DNA of 64,000 nucleotides from NCBI GenBank assembly GCA_964201665.1, contig CAXNEW010000003.1, forward strand, positions 13,284 to 77,283. Direction: 5' to 3'. The position numbers and the translations under genes are program-made. This DNA comes from Bdellovibrionota bacterium (lineage in GTDB: Bacteria; Bdellovibrionota; UBA2428). This document shows, piece by piece, positions 37,600 through 47,666 of the stretch (positions within the stretch are counted from its first letter, which is position 1; every line of letters begins with the position of its first letter). The notes beneath the pieces were generated by a model, which was not told where the DNA came from, did not search any database, and worked only from the letters and a program-made list of their open reading frames with translations.

Positions 37600-38409
37600 C
37601 TAGGTGGGCTTGGGAAATTTTAGGCCTACATCATCATCCGCACGATCATTCGTAAGGCGCTCAACGAAATCCGCGGCCTCATTGTTATTTAGCCACGTTA
37701 AAAAAATATCAGCGAAATAATGAAGAACTGCTTGCTCGGAATGTTTATCCCAACGAACACCCTTTTCAAATTGGGTTCCCATGAGATTTCCAATTCCGTG
37801 GCCGCCCTCGGGTGGAGACTTAGACTCAGGCGAAGAGTTTACAGCAACATGCTCATCCATGAGTCTTCCCGTTCGCAACCCGTGTTTGGATTGCCACTCA
37901 AAAACTAAATCAGCTGCAACTGCAAAAATTTTTAGTAGGTCACGTTCAATTCCCATCCAAACAAAGACGGCAGTTTGGTTTTGCCCCACATAAGCTAGAA
38001 CATTATTTGATTCCGGAACCCAGGATTTTAATTCCTCATTTTTAGAAAGATCATCTCGCAGTGACAGCGTTGCAGCTAAAAATTTGGGCTTTAAAAACTC
38101 TCTTAAGGCCGAAATAAAATTTCGATTGGGTTCAATAAACTCACAACTGGCTCGAAGTGAGCGCATATTTTTGACTTCAATTTTTACCGGAAATGATCGG
38201 TCTCGAATCATTATTGATAGATCAATGATGTCACCCGATGTGAAAGCTTCGCCGTTTTCTAGAAGCAAAGCGATTCCACCTTGCGAAATATTCAGGGGGT
38301 GAATTTTTTTTGGACCCCAATGGACCTCAATGTGGGCAAGAGGGGTGATCGATGAAAAATCTTCAACAATCGAATAACGGTAATTTTCCGATCGTGGATT
38401 CTGCACCAT
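37600..38409 (-). CDS. PilZ-domain-like protein with an uncharacterised C-terminal domain
   Basis: N-terminal 'PRSENYR' plus 'NISQGGIALL' resemble the PilZ RxxxR / (D/N)xSxxG c-di-GMP motifs. The first motif has non-canonical spacing. Confidence 0.5.
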   Translation of the reverse strand: MVQNPRSENYRYSIVEDFSSITPLAHIEVHWGPKKIHPLNISQGGIALLLENGEAFTSGDIIDLSIMIRDRSFPVKIEVKNMRSLRASCEFIEPNRNFISALREFLKPKFLAATLSLRDDLSKNEELKSWVPESNNVLAYVGQNQTAVFVWMGIERDLLKIFAVAADLVFEWQSKHGLRTGRLMDEHVAVNSSPESKSPPEGGHGIGNLMGTQFEKGVRWDKHSEQAVLHYFADIFLTWLNNNEAADFVERLTNDRADDDVGLKFPKPT

Positions 38410-38432
38410 CGCAGATTTAACTGTAGCACATC

Positions 38433-38473
38433 AAAAAAAAAACAGGGGACCAACTCCGGCAGAGTTGGTCCCC
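38433..38473 (-). terminator. rho-independent terminator
   Basis: The minus-strand RNA reads ggggaccaacuc-ugccg-gaguuggucccc, a perfect 12-bp stem, followed by u-g-u10. Confidence 0.8.
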
Positions 38474-38583
38474 TTCTACGAAAAAAGGAGCAGAGTTTCA
38501 GAGATGCTCGAGTCTTAAAGTGGGGTTCAAGCTGAGGAGAACTTGGGTGGGTATGACTCGAAACTTTGTTGTCGTACTCGAAA

Positions 38584-38856
38584 CTATGCAGCCTTTCTAT
38601 CAACCTTAGTTTTCAAAAACTGAGCAAGTTTTTGCGCGTAATCGATGGGTTTTTTACCATCTCCGCGAATGATGCCTTCCATGTAGAGATCATAATGTTC
38701 CATGCAAAATCCGAACTTATCCGTCTTCTTTTTGCACTCTTCAAATTTACAATTATCAGGGGCGGTTCCACCTTTTGGGGCTCCTGAAGAAGCTTCCTTG
38801 GGCGCTTTGGGGCTTGGAGCTGGGGCACCGGGTTTTTTTTCTTTTGTGTCTGACAT
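38584..38856 (-). CDS. small protein (90 aa) with a disordered K/P/A-rich N-terminus and a putative CCCH zinc-binding motif
   Basis: GGGAGG lies 11 nt upstream of the ATG. The motif 'CKFEECKKKTDKFGFCMEH' has the pattern C-x4-C-x9-C-x2-H. Confidence 0.6.
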   Translation of the reverse strand: MSDTKEKKPGAPAPSPKAPKEASSGAPKGGTAPDNCKFEECKKKTDKFGFCMEHYDLYMEGIIRGDGKKPIDYAQKLAQFLKTKVDRKAA

Positions 38857-39043
38857 GGCCTAAATGACCTCCCTATTACTGCTCCGCACTTATTGCGTCG
38901 CATAATAATACTATCGGCGGCGCATTAAAAAACTTAAGCGATGCATCAAATTTATTTTGCATTGCGAAATTTCTGGGCAAAGTCAACAACTTGGCTAGGT
39001 TAGATAGGGGCTCTTTTGCCTGAGTACCGGTATAATGATCAGT

Positions 39044-41149
39044 ATGGCGACATTCCAAATCGAAGAATTCATGAAAAACCAAAAAAAGGTCCTCGATGAT
39101 TTCCGCAAGACCAATTGGTCGGGAAGCTTCCAAGAATACCTATCGATTGTTACCGAAAACCCCGAAGTTTGTCGCAATGCCTTTCAACGGCTTTATGACA
39201 TGATTCTTTCTTATGGAACCGAAGAGAGCGTCGACTTTAAAAAGAAAATAATTCACTACAATTTTTTTGATGACCCTATCGAGAACGGCAAAGACGGTGT
39301 TTTCGGTTTGGAAATTCCGCTTATGAAACTTGTAAATATTTTTCATTCTGCGGCCAAAGGGTACGGCGCTGAAAAAAGAGTCATCTTGCTTCACGGCCCT
39401 GTAGGCTCTTCAAAATCTACAATTGTAAGAATGCTAAAAAAAGGTCTTGAAGCCTATACCCGAACAGACTTCGGTCGCCTTTTTACATTCTCATGGATCA
39501 ATCCAAAAAATAAAGACATCGCAGTTTTTCGCCAATTCAAGGAACTTGGAATTGAAGAAATGAATGATCCCATGAACGAGGATCCTCTGAGATTGGTTCC
39601 CGAAATTTTACGACCCAAGTTTGTCGATGAAATCATGAAAGGGCGAAAATCAGAATACAAAATTAATATTCAGGGAGATTTGAATCCTGCCAGTCGCTAC
39701 ATGTTTAACGAACTCATGCGCCACTATGGCGGCGATTGGACACAGGTTCTTGAGCACGTGAAGGTACGTAGACTTACTTTTTCAGAAAAAGACCGCATTG
39801 GCATTGGGACCTTCCAACCTCGAGACGAAAAAAACCAAGATGCCACCGAGCTCACTGGCGATATCAATTATCGACGTATCGCAATTTTTGGCTCTGATTC
39901 TGATCCCAGAGCCTTCAATTTTGATGGTGAATTCAATATTGCCAATCGCGGACTTGTTGAATTTGTCGAGATGCTCAAACTCGATGTTGCCTTTTTGTAT
40001 GATCTTTTAGGGGCCTCCCAAGAACATAAAATTAAGCCTAAGAAATTTGCTCAAACCGATATCGATGAAGTGATTATCGGTCACACCAACGAACCTGAAT
40101 ACAAAAAACTTCAGAATAATGAATTCATGGAAGCCCTCAGGGATCGCACTGTAAAAGTAGATATTCCCTATATCACCCGATGGAAACAAGAATCCCGAAT
40201 TTATAAAAAAGCTTTTTCTAGAGAGAATGTCAGAGGGGTTCATGTTGCCCCCCACACTCTTGAAATGGCCGCGATGTGGGCTGTTCTCACACGTCTAGAA
40301 AATCCGAAAAAGGCAAACCTTTCAGTTCTTCAAAAACTCAAACTTTATGACGGAAAAATGCTGCCAGGGTTTACCGAGGACAATGTCAAAGAACTGAGAA
40401 AAGAAGCTATCCGCGAAGGAATGGATGGAATTTCTCCGCGCTATATTCAAGATAAAATTTCAAATGCCCTGGTGCACGAGGGCGAGCCCATTGGATCGCT
40501 CAATCCCTTTATGGTGTTGAATGAACTCGAAAGCGGCCTCAAAGGGCACTCGCTCATTAACAATGAAGAAAAGAAAAAATACTATCGCGAACTCTTGCAA
40601 GTGGTTCGTCAAGAATACGAAGACATTGTGAAAAACGAAGTTCAGAGAGCCATTTCTGCCGATGAAGACGCAATCGCAAGACTTTGCGCCAACTATATCG
40701 ATAACATCAAAGCCTATACCCAAAAAGAAAAGGTCAAAAACAGGTATACGGGGCAGTACGAGGAACCCGATGAACGCCTCATGCGGAGTATTGAAGATAA
40801 AATTCAAATCTCTGAAGTTCAAAAAGATGATTTTCGTAGACTCATTATGAACTCCATTGGAGCCATGGCTGTTGAAGGCAAAAGCTTCGATTACAAATCA
40901 AACGAACGTCTTTACAAAGCTCTGGAGCTTAAACTTTTTGAAGATCAAAAAGATTTCATTAAACTCACCACGCGCGTTTCAAATGTTGCAGACAAAGCAA
41001 CCCAAGAAAAAATTGATATTGTAAAAAGCCGTCTCATTAAAAACTTTGGCTACGACGATCAATCAGCGACCGATATCTTGGAGTTTGTGACATCGATCTT
41101 TGCTCGAGGAGACACGAAAAACCAAAAAGAGGGTCCGGCTAAGCCCTAG
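39044..41149 (+). CDS. prkA: PrkA/YeaG-family AAA serine protein kinase
   Basis: Colinear by eye with B. subtilis PrkA. It has the Walker A '[11 protein letters not shown]', '[13 protein letters not shown]' and '[10 protein letters not shown]'. The start is ATG 39044 or 39071. Confidence 0.9.
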   Translation: MATFQIEEFMKNQKKVLDDFRKTNWSGSFQEYLSIVTENPEVCRNAFQRLYDMILSYGTEESVDFKKKIIHYNFFDDPIENGKDGVFGLEIPLMKLVNIFHSAAKGYGAEKRVILLHGPVGSSKSTIVRMLKKGLEAYTRTDFGRLFTFSWINPKNKDIAVFRQFKELGIEEMNDPMNEDPLRLVPEILRPKFVDEIMKGRKSEYKINIQGDLNPASRYMFNELMRHYGGDWTQVLEHVKVRRLTFSEKDRIGIGTFQPRDEKNQDATELTGDINYRRIAIFGSDSDPRAFNFDGEFNIANRGLVEFVEMLKLDVAFLYDLLGASQEHKIKPKKFAQTDIDEVIIGHTNEPEYKKLQNNEFMEALRDRTVKVDIPYITRWKQESRIYKKAFSRENVRGVHVAPHTLEMAAMWAVLTRLENPKKANLSVLQKLKLYDGKMLPGFTEDNVKELRKEAIREGMDGISPRYIQDKISNALVHEGEPIGSLNPFMVLNELESGLKGHSLINNEEKKKYYRELLQVVRQEYEDIVKNEVQRAISADEDAIARLCANYIDNIKAYTQKEKVKNRYTGQYEEPDERLMRSIEDKIQISEVQKDDFRRLIMNSIGAMAVEGKSFDYKSNERLYKALELKLFEDQKDFIKLTTRVSNVADKATQEKIDIVKSRLIKNFGYDDQSATDILEFVTSIFARGDTKNQKEGPAKP

Positions 41150-41210
41150 TGTCATTTAGGTCTGTTGCTTTTTTTCAGTTTTTTTGTAGAATTTATTTAA
41201 AGGGGAAAAA

Positions 41211-41741
41211 ATGAATTTGATTTATATTTTTGTGGTCTATCTAGGCTTTAACTTCGGTTTTGAAACCTGGTCCCAAGAAAGTCAAAATGTCCCTCCCGGA
41301 ATTCAGTTATTACCCAAAAGCACGGGAGACGGTCATTCTAAACCAGAAACTCTGAAATACGAGAATGATAAGCACAGTAATCGCGGTGAAGCCTTTGTGA
41401 ACCCACTCGACCCCAGAAACAATCCAAAAGGACTTTTTTTAACTCCAGAAGAAAAATTGGGAAAAATCCTTAAAGACTTAGATGCTTGCACTCCTAGTGT
41501 AATGCACAAAAAACTAAACGATGAGATAAACTCCTACGCTAATTCCTATCCCTCCGAAAAAGCGGCATTGCCACAATATAAAACGCTCGAATCCGATAGA
41601 GTAAACAAAATGGCACAGGATGATCTTTTAAAGTTTAGAAACAGTTTAAACCAAGAGCTCCAAAAGAGATCAGAAGATCCCAAAAACCTCCAGAATCAGG
41701 ATTACTATTTAAAATTTAAAAACCTAGTTCAAACAAAATAG
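41211..41741 (+). CDS. secreted hypothetical protein (176 aa)
   Basis: An SD-like AAAGGGGA lies upstream. The N-terminus 'MNLIYIFVVYLGFNFGFETWSQ' resembles a signal peptide. Confidence 0.55.
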   Translation: MNLIYIFVVYLGFNFGFETWSQESQNVPPGIQLLPKSTGDGHSKPETLKYENDKHSNRGEAFVNPLDPRNNPKGLFLTPEEKLGKILKDLDACTPSVMHKKLNDEINSYANSYPSEKAALPQYKTLESDRVNKMAQDDLLKFRNSLNQELQKRSEDPKNLQNQDYYLKFKNLVQTK

Positions 41742-41742
41742 G

Positions 41743-43170
41743 TCAAGAATTTTTAGCGGTAAAAATTTCTTTCCACCTCGCTGAAAGCTCATCGAGTTTT
41801 TCGTTGCCCGGAAAATGTCTGCGGCCTTGATGAATCATGTCTGAGGCTTCTTTTAATAGACCTAGTTCTAAAGCTACACGAACAAGGGATGTGATAGTCA
41901 CGAGGCCTATTTTTTTGCCTGAAAGAATTTGTTCACTTGTGGGTGATAGTAAACTCCAAACTGCATCGGCCTTGCCCAAAAGTAATCCGGTCTCCACAAA
42001 AAAGGAGGTCGCTTCGGAATTATTCAAATCGAGTTCCAAAACATTTAAACAAACATCAAATATTGCTTGGTGTTGCCCCGGATTTAAATTTTCGACTTTT
42101 GAATCTTCGCTTTGACTCCACCTTGAGAGGTGTCCACTGACAGGAGGCAAAATATCTTTCTTGAAAGGGTAAAAATCTCGATCTGTTTTTGGATAGAGTC
42201 TGGGAATTTCTCGAGAAAAAATTTCAATGCCCTCGATCCCGGGGAGCGTTTCCGAAATTTTTGAAAAAAATTGTGCAATTAAAAACCGAAGTGACATTCG
42301 ATTGCGCTCAATAAAGACATCCGACATGGCCTTAAGAATTTTTGCAATCACAACACGGGCCTGAGATCGGTCCGCAATTGCTAAATATTTTTGAAGGGTT
42401 TCAAAAAGAAGAATCATATTAGGGGCATTAGTTTCAGTCTTAAACAAAGAAAGCGAGAATATGGCCGCCTCTGGCAGCGAACCTATTTTTTCGTGGGCCG
42501 ACATGAGTAAAGATTTTGTTAAAACTGATTGAGGATACTCCCCATCAAGTTCTTTTAATTTTTTAATCCCCGCTAAAACAGATTCTTTTGAAGACTGGCT
42601 AACAAGAGCTCGCGCAAGCAAAATGCGCATGCTTAAATTTTTACCGTCAAGTTCTAAAAATTTTTCTATTTTTTGAACAGCTTCTTCATACTTCTGAGCC
42701 TCCACCAGCGCCCTTAAAGAATGTCTCATTGTTAGTGAAGCCGGTGGACTGGCAATCCATTTAAAAAAACTATCAAAATGAGTGCGAATTTCTTGACCGC
42801 CTAAGGGACGCGCTAGCACTAAGTCCGCTCCAACCTCGCTATAAATTAAACTTTGCGCTGGATTTCGACCCTCGGCCATAAGCACAGCTAGCAAAGTGTT
42901 TTCTGTGATAACCCCCATTTCACGAAATTCTTCTATAATTTCGAGGGTCGAAGGTGTTGGTTTTGCAGCCTGCTGAACAGCGCTTAAGGGAGAAAATCTC
43001 AGTTCTAGCCTTTCATCTACGATAACACTTGGGGCCGGTTCGGGAGATTTTTTTAAAAAATCGAGTGCCTCATCAAAGGTTTGTAAAATGTGAAAGTTTT
43101 CAGGGTTTTTAATTAAAGAACGAATCAAAAAGCGTTCTTCTTTGTTTCCTACCAAAAGAACGCTTTTCAT
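41743..43170 (-). CDS. receiver-like (degenerate) domain fused to TPR-like helical repeats
   Basis: The N-terminal ~120 aa show a CheY-like pattern ('VLLVGNKEE', 'VIVDERL', 'ADLVLARP'). The remainder looks like helical repeats. Confidence 0.55.
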   Translation of the reverse strand: MKSVLLVGNKEERFLIRSLIKNPENFHILQTFDEALDFLKKSPEPAPSVIVDERLELRFSPLSAVQQAAKPTPSTLEIIEEFREMGVITENTLLAVLMAEGRNPAQSLIYSEVGADLVLARPLGGQEIRTHFDSFFKWIASPPASLTMRHSLRALVEAQKYEEAVQKIEKFLELDGKNLSMRILLARALVSQSSKESVLAGIKKLKELDGEYPQSVLTKSLLMSAHEKIGSLPEAAIFSLSLFKTETNAPNMILLFETLQKYLAIADRSQARVVIAKILKAMSDVFIERNRMSLRFLIAQFFSKISETLPGIEGIEIFSREIPRLYPKTDRDFYPFKKDILPPVSGHLSRWSQSEDSKVENLNPGQHQAIFDVCLNVLELDLNNSEATSFFVETGLLLGKADAVWSLLSPTSEQILSGKKIGLVTITSLVRVALELGLLKEASDMIHQGRRHFPGNEKLDELSARWKEIFTAKNS

Positions 43171-43208
43171 AACTTTATTTCACTATGTCTAACCCGACTA
43201 AAAACAAA

Positions 43209-44561
43209 TCAGACCGAGGGTTCGTCTAGATAATAATCAAGCCCTGTGTGGGTAATTTCTAAGTCGCCTTTTAGAGTGCGAAGTGTGTTTTTGAGCTTCA
43301 TTGATTGAATAAACAAATCATGTTCAGCGTATAAACCTTCGCCCGTTTGGGGAGCCTTAAAGTAAAAACTCAACCACTCCTGGATTCCCTTAAATCCAAC
43401 TCTTTGGGCAAGATCCATAAACAATGCCAAATCAAGAACAATAGGTGCTACCAAGATCGAATCTCGGCACAAGAAATTCAACTTAATTTGCATGGGGTAG
43501 CCCATCCAACCGAAAATATCGATATTGTCCCAACCCTCTTTATTGTCTCCACGGGGCGGATAGTAGGAGATGTTAATTTTATGAAAATAATTGCCATACA
43601 AATCAGGGTGAAGTGGCGGCTGCAAAATGGATTCTAAAACTCCAAGTTTGCTTTCTTCTTTTGTTTTAAAATTTGCAGGATCATCCAAAACCTGACCATC
43701 TCGATTTCCTAAAATATTGGTGGAATACCAGCCAGAAATTCCAAGCATTCGAGCTTTTAAACCTGGAGCCAAAACTGTCTTCATAAGAGTCTGGCCGGTT
43801 TTAAAGTCTTTTCCACAAATTGGAACCCCTGCCCGATTTGCGTAAGAAACAAAGGCGGGAATATCTACAGTCAAATTGGGAGCCCCGTTTGCATAGGGCA
43901 CTCCCTCTAATAGAGCCGCGTAGGCATAAACCTGGGACGGTGCAATTTCTTCTGAATTATCTTTGAGTCCTTGTTCAAAGGCTTCCATCGTTGAATGAAC
44001 TTTAGAAGGCTTGCAAAAGGCTTCAGTCGAACCGCACCAAACCATTACGAGACGATCACAATTTTTTTCAGTCTTAAAACGACGGATATCTTCGCGAACC
44101 TGTCCTGCGAGTTCCCAAAGGTTGCCGGACTTCAAATTGGGTCCTTGAATATTTTTGATGTACTTTGACGAGAAAACCGCGCTCATGGGCTTAATGTTTC
44201 TGAGTTCGTCCTTAAGGGGTTCAATATGGTCCCGAGTAAGAACATCGGCCTTTAAACAAACTTCGTACATGTCATCAGGAAAAATATCCCAACCACCAAA
44301 CTCAAGATTTTCGAGTGCCGCCAGCGAAACATAATCTTTAATGAGAGGGCTATTGTGCTCAGTTCTTTTTCCGATCCGGATGGTTCCCATCTGGGTAAGC
44401 GACCCCACAGGCTTTGCCAGTTTTTTGCGGGCCGCGAGAGTCCCCGCGATAAAGGTTGAGGCCACTGCTCCCATACCCGGGAGCAGAATCCCTAGTTTTC
44501 CAGTTGCGGGTTCAATTTCAAATTTTCGTCCGGACGTAGAAGAATCACGAGTCGCCACCAT
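43209..44561 (-). CDS. myo-inositol-1-phosphate synthase
   Basis: Contains 'GILLPGMGAVASTFIAG' and 'CRDSILVAPIVLDLALF'. At 450 aa it fits the bacterial/archaeal type MIPS. Confidence 0.85.
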   Translation of the reverse strand: MVATRDSSTSGRKFEIEPATGKLGILLPGMGAVASTFIAGTLAARKKLAKPVGSLTQMGTIRIGKRTEHNSPLIKDYVSLAALENLEFGGWDIFPDDMYEVCLKADVLTRDHIEPLKDELRNIKPMSAVFSSKYIKNIQGPNLKSGNLWELAGQVREDIRRFKTEKNCDRLVMVWCGSTEAFCKPSKVHSTMEAFEQGLKDNSEEIAPSQVYAYAALLEGVPYANGAPNLTVDIPAFVSYANRAGVPICGKDFKTGQTLMKTVLAPGLKARMLGISGWYSTNILGNRDGQVLDDPANFKTKEESKLGVLESILQPPLHPDLYGNYFHKINISYYPPRGDNKEGWDNIDIFGWMGYPMQIKLNFLCRDSILVAPIVLDLALFMDLAQRVGFKGIQEWLSFYFKAPQTGEGLYAEHDLFIQSMKLKNTLRTLKGDLEITHTGLDYYLDEPSV

Positions 44562-44568
44562 ATTTAAA

Positions 44569-44976
44569 TTAAATCTCCCGGGTTATCCCCACCAAATCGC
44601 CAAGGTCTTTTTTTATTTCTTTCAAAAACTCTCTTTCGAGACTTTTCTCCATTCCACTTGATTCAACTAAGTATCCGCTTGAAGGTTCAGACCCCATTTC
44701 TGACAAATCGGCCGAAGCTTTTTGCTGAATATTTTTTGAAGCTGAAAAAAACTTTTGCTCTTTGAAAAATTTTTTTGCACCCGAGATTGAATAGCCTTCT
44801 GTATACAAAAGGTATTTAATTTTCAGGAAGGACTCGATATCCTCGTCACTATAAAGCCGCTGACCACGGGTCGTCTTAGGAGGTTTTAAAAAAGGAAACT
44901 GATTTTCCCAAAACCGCAATACATGAGGCAACACGCCGATTTTTTCAGCAGCTTCCTTGATACGAGAGAAAGCCAT
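44569..44976 (-). CDS. MerR-family transcriptional regulator
   Basis: The N-terminal HTH is 'IKEAAEKIGVLPHVLRFWENQF...RTTRGQRLYS'. Confidence 0.8.
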   Translation of the reverse strand: MAFSRIKEAAEKIGVLPHVLRFWENQFPFLKPPKTTRGQRLYSDEDIESFLKIKYLLYTEGYSISGAKKFFKEQKFFSASKNIQQKASADLSEMGSEPSSGYLVESSGMEKSLEREFLKEIKKDLGDLVGITREI

Positions 44977-45010
44977 ATAGAATCATGGTAACCGCCAAAC
45001 ACAAAACCGT

Positions 45011-47635
45011 CTACCGAAGCTCGGCTTGGTGACGCGACTTGGCAGCTTCAATCATGTCTTTGAGTGCGCTCGAGATTTCTTCTTCTTTAAGGGTGGCCTC
45101 TGTCGACTGAAACTGAGCTCTAAAGGCCAAGGACACCCATTGCCCTTCAGTTTTACTTTCTTCATTCTCAAATCGATCAATGCACTGCAAAGACACAAGA
45201 TATTTTCCTCCAACTTTTCGCAGTGTCCGATCCAAGTCAGAGGCGCGGGTTTGACGAGGAATTTTTAGTGCTAAATCTCGTTCCACAACTGGAAACCGAA
45301 TTTGCGGAAGGGCTTTTCCTTTGGGTTGTAAAATTTTTGCATTACCTAGATTCAATTCCTTAATTTGACTTAAAATAGCGGCGCCAATTCGTAACTCGCC
45401 TAAAACACAACCTAAATGGGACCCGGTTGGAAGATTTAAAATTTGGCCCGCATAAAAGGGGTGGAGTTCTCCTAAAAAACCTATGACTTGTTGAACTCCC
45501 GCCGGACCTTGCCCCGCCAAATAAATCAATGCACTTTTCCCAGGATGCAAAAGCCTCAAAGGAATCCACGGAGCCATAGCCGGAACAACACGGGCGAGCT
45601 CTGGATTTTGAAAAACATCGTTAAGAGACTGAATTTGTGCTCCCGACGTTCGGGGATCCAATGTTTGAAGTTCAAACAACACATCCGTCAACAGCGACTT
45701 CCCGTCAAAGAAATCTACATGAACATTTTTTTCTTTTGAAGATTTATCAGTGGACCAATGAAGGGGTTTACGTTCACCAAAAAGCCCCCAACCCACGTGC
45801 AGAAATTCATCCACTCCGGTGTCACGATTTTCCACACTAAAATTGGGATTCTGACAAAAAACTGAACCTAAATCAAAAACCCCACCTCGCATTTGCCCGA
45901 GCGCGAGATGATTTTTAATGCTTGAAATAATTCCAAAACAAAGACTTGGCCTGAGAGTTGCCCAGTCAGCCGACAAAGGATTTTCAAGGTCAACAAATTG
46001 ATTTCTAAAGTCAGAATCAAAAAACTCAATTTCTTTTTCACCCAAAAAGGCATAGGGCATGATTTCGGTAAGGCCTCTGGCCAAAATAGCTTCTCTTAAA
46101 ATTCGACCCTTGCGGTAAAGGGAACGAGTTAGGGAGCGCGTTGCCTCTACTTGAGCAGGATAACGAGGGGGAATTCTGGAATAACCCAAAAGTCTTGCGC
46201 CTTCTTCAATAAGGTCCACCTCTCGATTTAAATCAAAGCGATGGGCAGGCACAACAACTCGAACGAGATTTGGTGATTTTACCTGACTTGAAATCCCCAC
46301 GGACTGAAAAGATCTGGAAATTTCATCGGCCTGAGCCTCAATTCCGCTAATATCCCGAAAAACTCGCAAATCTAAATTGATTTCATGTTCTAACCCGAGT
46401 TTGTTTGATTTGTCTGACAAAACATCGACAAAGGCGCCGCGCCGTCTGGCACCGCAAACTTGTTTAAACAATAAGGCTGCTCTACCTAAAATCTTAAAAC
46501 GAATGGAGGGATCTACTCCGCGCTCAAACCGATACGATGAATCCGAGCTGATTTTATGTCTCTTTGCTGTCGCCCGAATAAACTCAGGATCAAACAGTGC
46601 ACACTCTAAAATAACCCGAGTGGTTTTATCACCCACGGCCGAGTCCTCACCGCCCATGACTCCCGCAAGAGCTAGCACACGCTCGCTATCAGCAATGACC
46701 AGATCATCAACGGAAAGTTTTCTTTCAACCCCATCAAGTGTTTTAAGCTTTTCACCCAACTTGGCATTTCGAACAAGAATCCGCCCCTGAACTCTATCGG
46801 CATCGAAAGCATGTAGGGGATGCCCCAGTTCCATCAAAATAAAATTTGTAATATCAACGATGGCATTGTGGGTTCGAATTCCCAATAAATTCAATTTTGA
46901 CGTAATAAAATTTGGACTGGGCTTTTGATTAAAGCCCTCAAAAAGCTGCGCTAGATACATTTTGCAAGCCTTTGGATTTTGGACTTCAACATTGACGAGT
47001 GGAATTTCAGAATTATTTTCTGAGGTCCCAATATTTTCAATCTCTGGAAATTCTGGTGTCATTTTGAGTAAGCGACCTATCTCACGGGCCATTCCAAAAT
47101 GAGACAGACAATCTCCGCGATCAGGGGTCAGTTCAACTTCCCAAATCTGATCATCAAGCCCCAGGGTACTTACAAACGAAGTTCCGACTTGGGCCGAATC
47201 AGGTAATTCTAAAATTCCGTCGGACTCTTCACTTAGGCCCAATTCTTTTCCAGAACACAACATTCCGCGAGAAACTACGCCTCTGATTTCAGATTCTTTA
47301 ATAGCAAAATTCCCGGGCAATACAGATCCAACGGGGGCTAAGGCAACTTTGATTCCAGCACGGGCATTGGGCGCCCCACACACGATCTGGAGAGGTTCTT
47401 CCTTTGGATTCTTCTCGACTTTACAAACCCGCAGGCGATCAGCCTTAGGGTGCTGAACGGCCTCTAAAATTTTTGCAACACAGACTTTCTCGAGTCCCTC
47501 AGTGGGATTTCGAATGCCTCCTATTTCTATTCCTGAAAGTGGAAGGTCCCTCTTAAAATCACCGGATTTTTGTAAAAGAAATTGAGGATCAAGTTGCGGA
47601 AAAAACTCAGCCAACCCTTTGAGTGAAATTTTCAC
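45011..47635 (-). CDS. pheT: phenylalanine--tRNA ligase beta subunit
   Basis: N-terminal tRNA-binding domain ('HPKADRLRVCKV') plus B3/4 and B5 regions. It follows pheS. GTG start. Confidence 0.92.
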   Translation of the reverse strand: MKISLKGLAEFFPQLDPQFLLQKSGDFKRDLPLSGIEIGGIRNPTEGLEKVCVAKILEAVQHPKADRLRVCKVEKNPKEEPLQIVCGAPNARAGIKVALAPVGSVLPGNFAIKESEIRGVVSRGMLCSGKELGLSEESDGILELPDSAQVGTSFVSTLGLDDQIWEVELTPDRGDCLSHFGMAREIGRLLKMTPEFPEIENIGTSENNSEIPLVNVEVQNPKACKMYLAQLFEGFNQKPSPNFITSKLNLLGIRTHNAIVDITNFILMELGHPLHAFDADRVQGRILVRNAKLGEKLKTLDGVERKLSVDDLVIADSERVLALAGVMGGEDSAVGDKTTRVILECALFDPEFIRATAKRHKISSDSSYRFERGVDPSIRFKILGRAALLFKQVCGARRRGAFVDVLSDKSNKLGLEHEINLDLRVFRDISGIEAQADEISRSFQSVGISSQVKSPNLVRVVVPAHRFDLNREVDLIEEGARLLGYSRIPPRYPAQVEATRSLTRSLYRKGRILREAILARGLTEIMPYAFLGEKEIEFFDSDFRNQFVDLENPLSADWATLRPSLCFGIISSIKNHLALGQMRGGVFDLGSVFCQNPNFSVENRDTGVDEFLHVGWGLFGERKPLHWSTDKSSKEKNVHVDFFDGKSLLTDVLFELQTLDPRTSGAQIQSLNDVFQNPELARVVPAMAPWIPLRLLHPGKSALIYLAGQGPAGVQQVIGFLGELHPFYAGQILNLPTGSHLGCVLGELRIGAAILSQIKELNLGNAKILQPKGKALPQIRFPVVERDLALKIPRQTRASDLDRTLRKVGGKYLVSLQCIDRFENEESKTEGQWVSLAFRAQFQSTEATLKEEEISSALKDMIEAAKSRHQAELR

Positions 47636-47666
47636 TTTTTAAAATCTCCTTTGATATTCTTGAGAA

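Noticed and set aside
38613-38903. 96-aa alternative-frame ORF overlapping the small CCCH gene.
   Set aside because: It has no SD upstream of its ATG. The 90-aa frame has GGGAGG and a coherent Cys/His motif.
39030-39044. 'tataat' hexamer (39030-39035) 8 nt upstream of the prkA ATG 39044, which would suggest a leaderless transcript.
   Set aside because: There is no convincing -35 element at 16-18 nt spacing and no TG extension. A single hexamer in AT-rich DNA is weak evidence.
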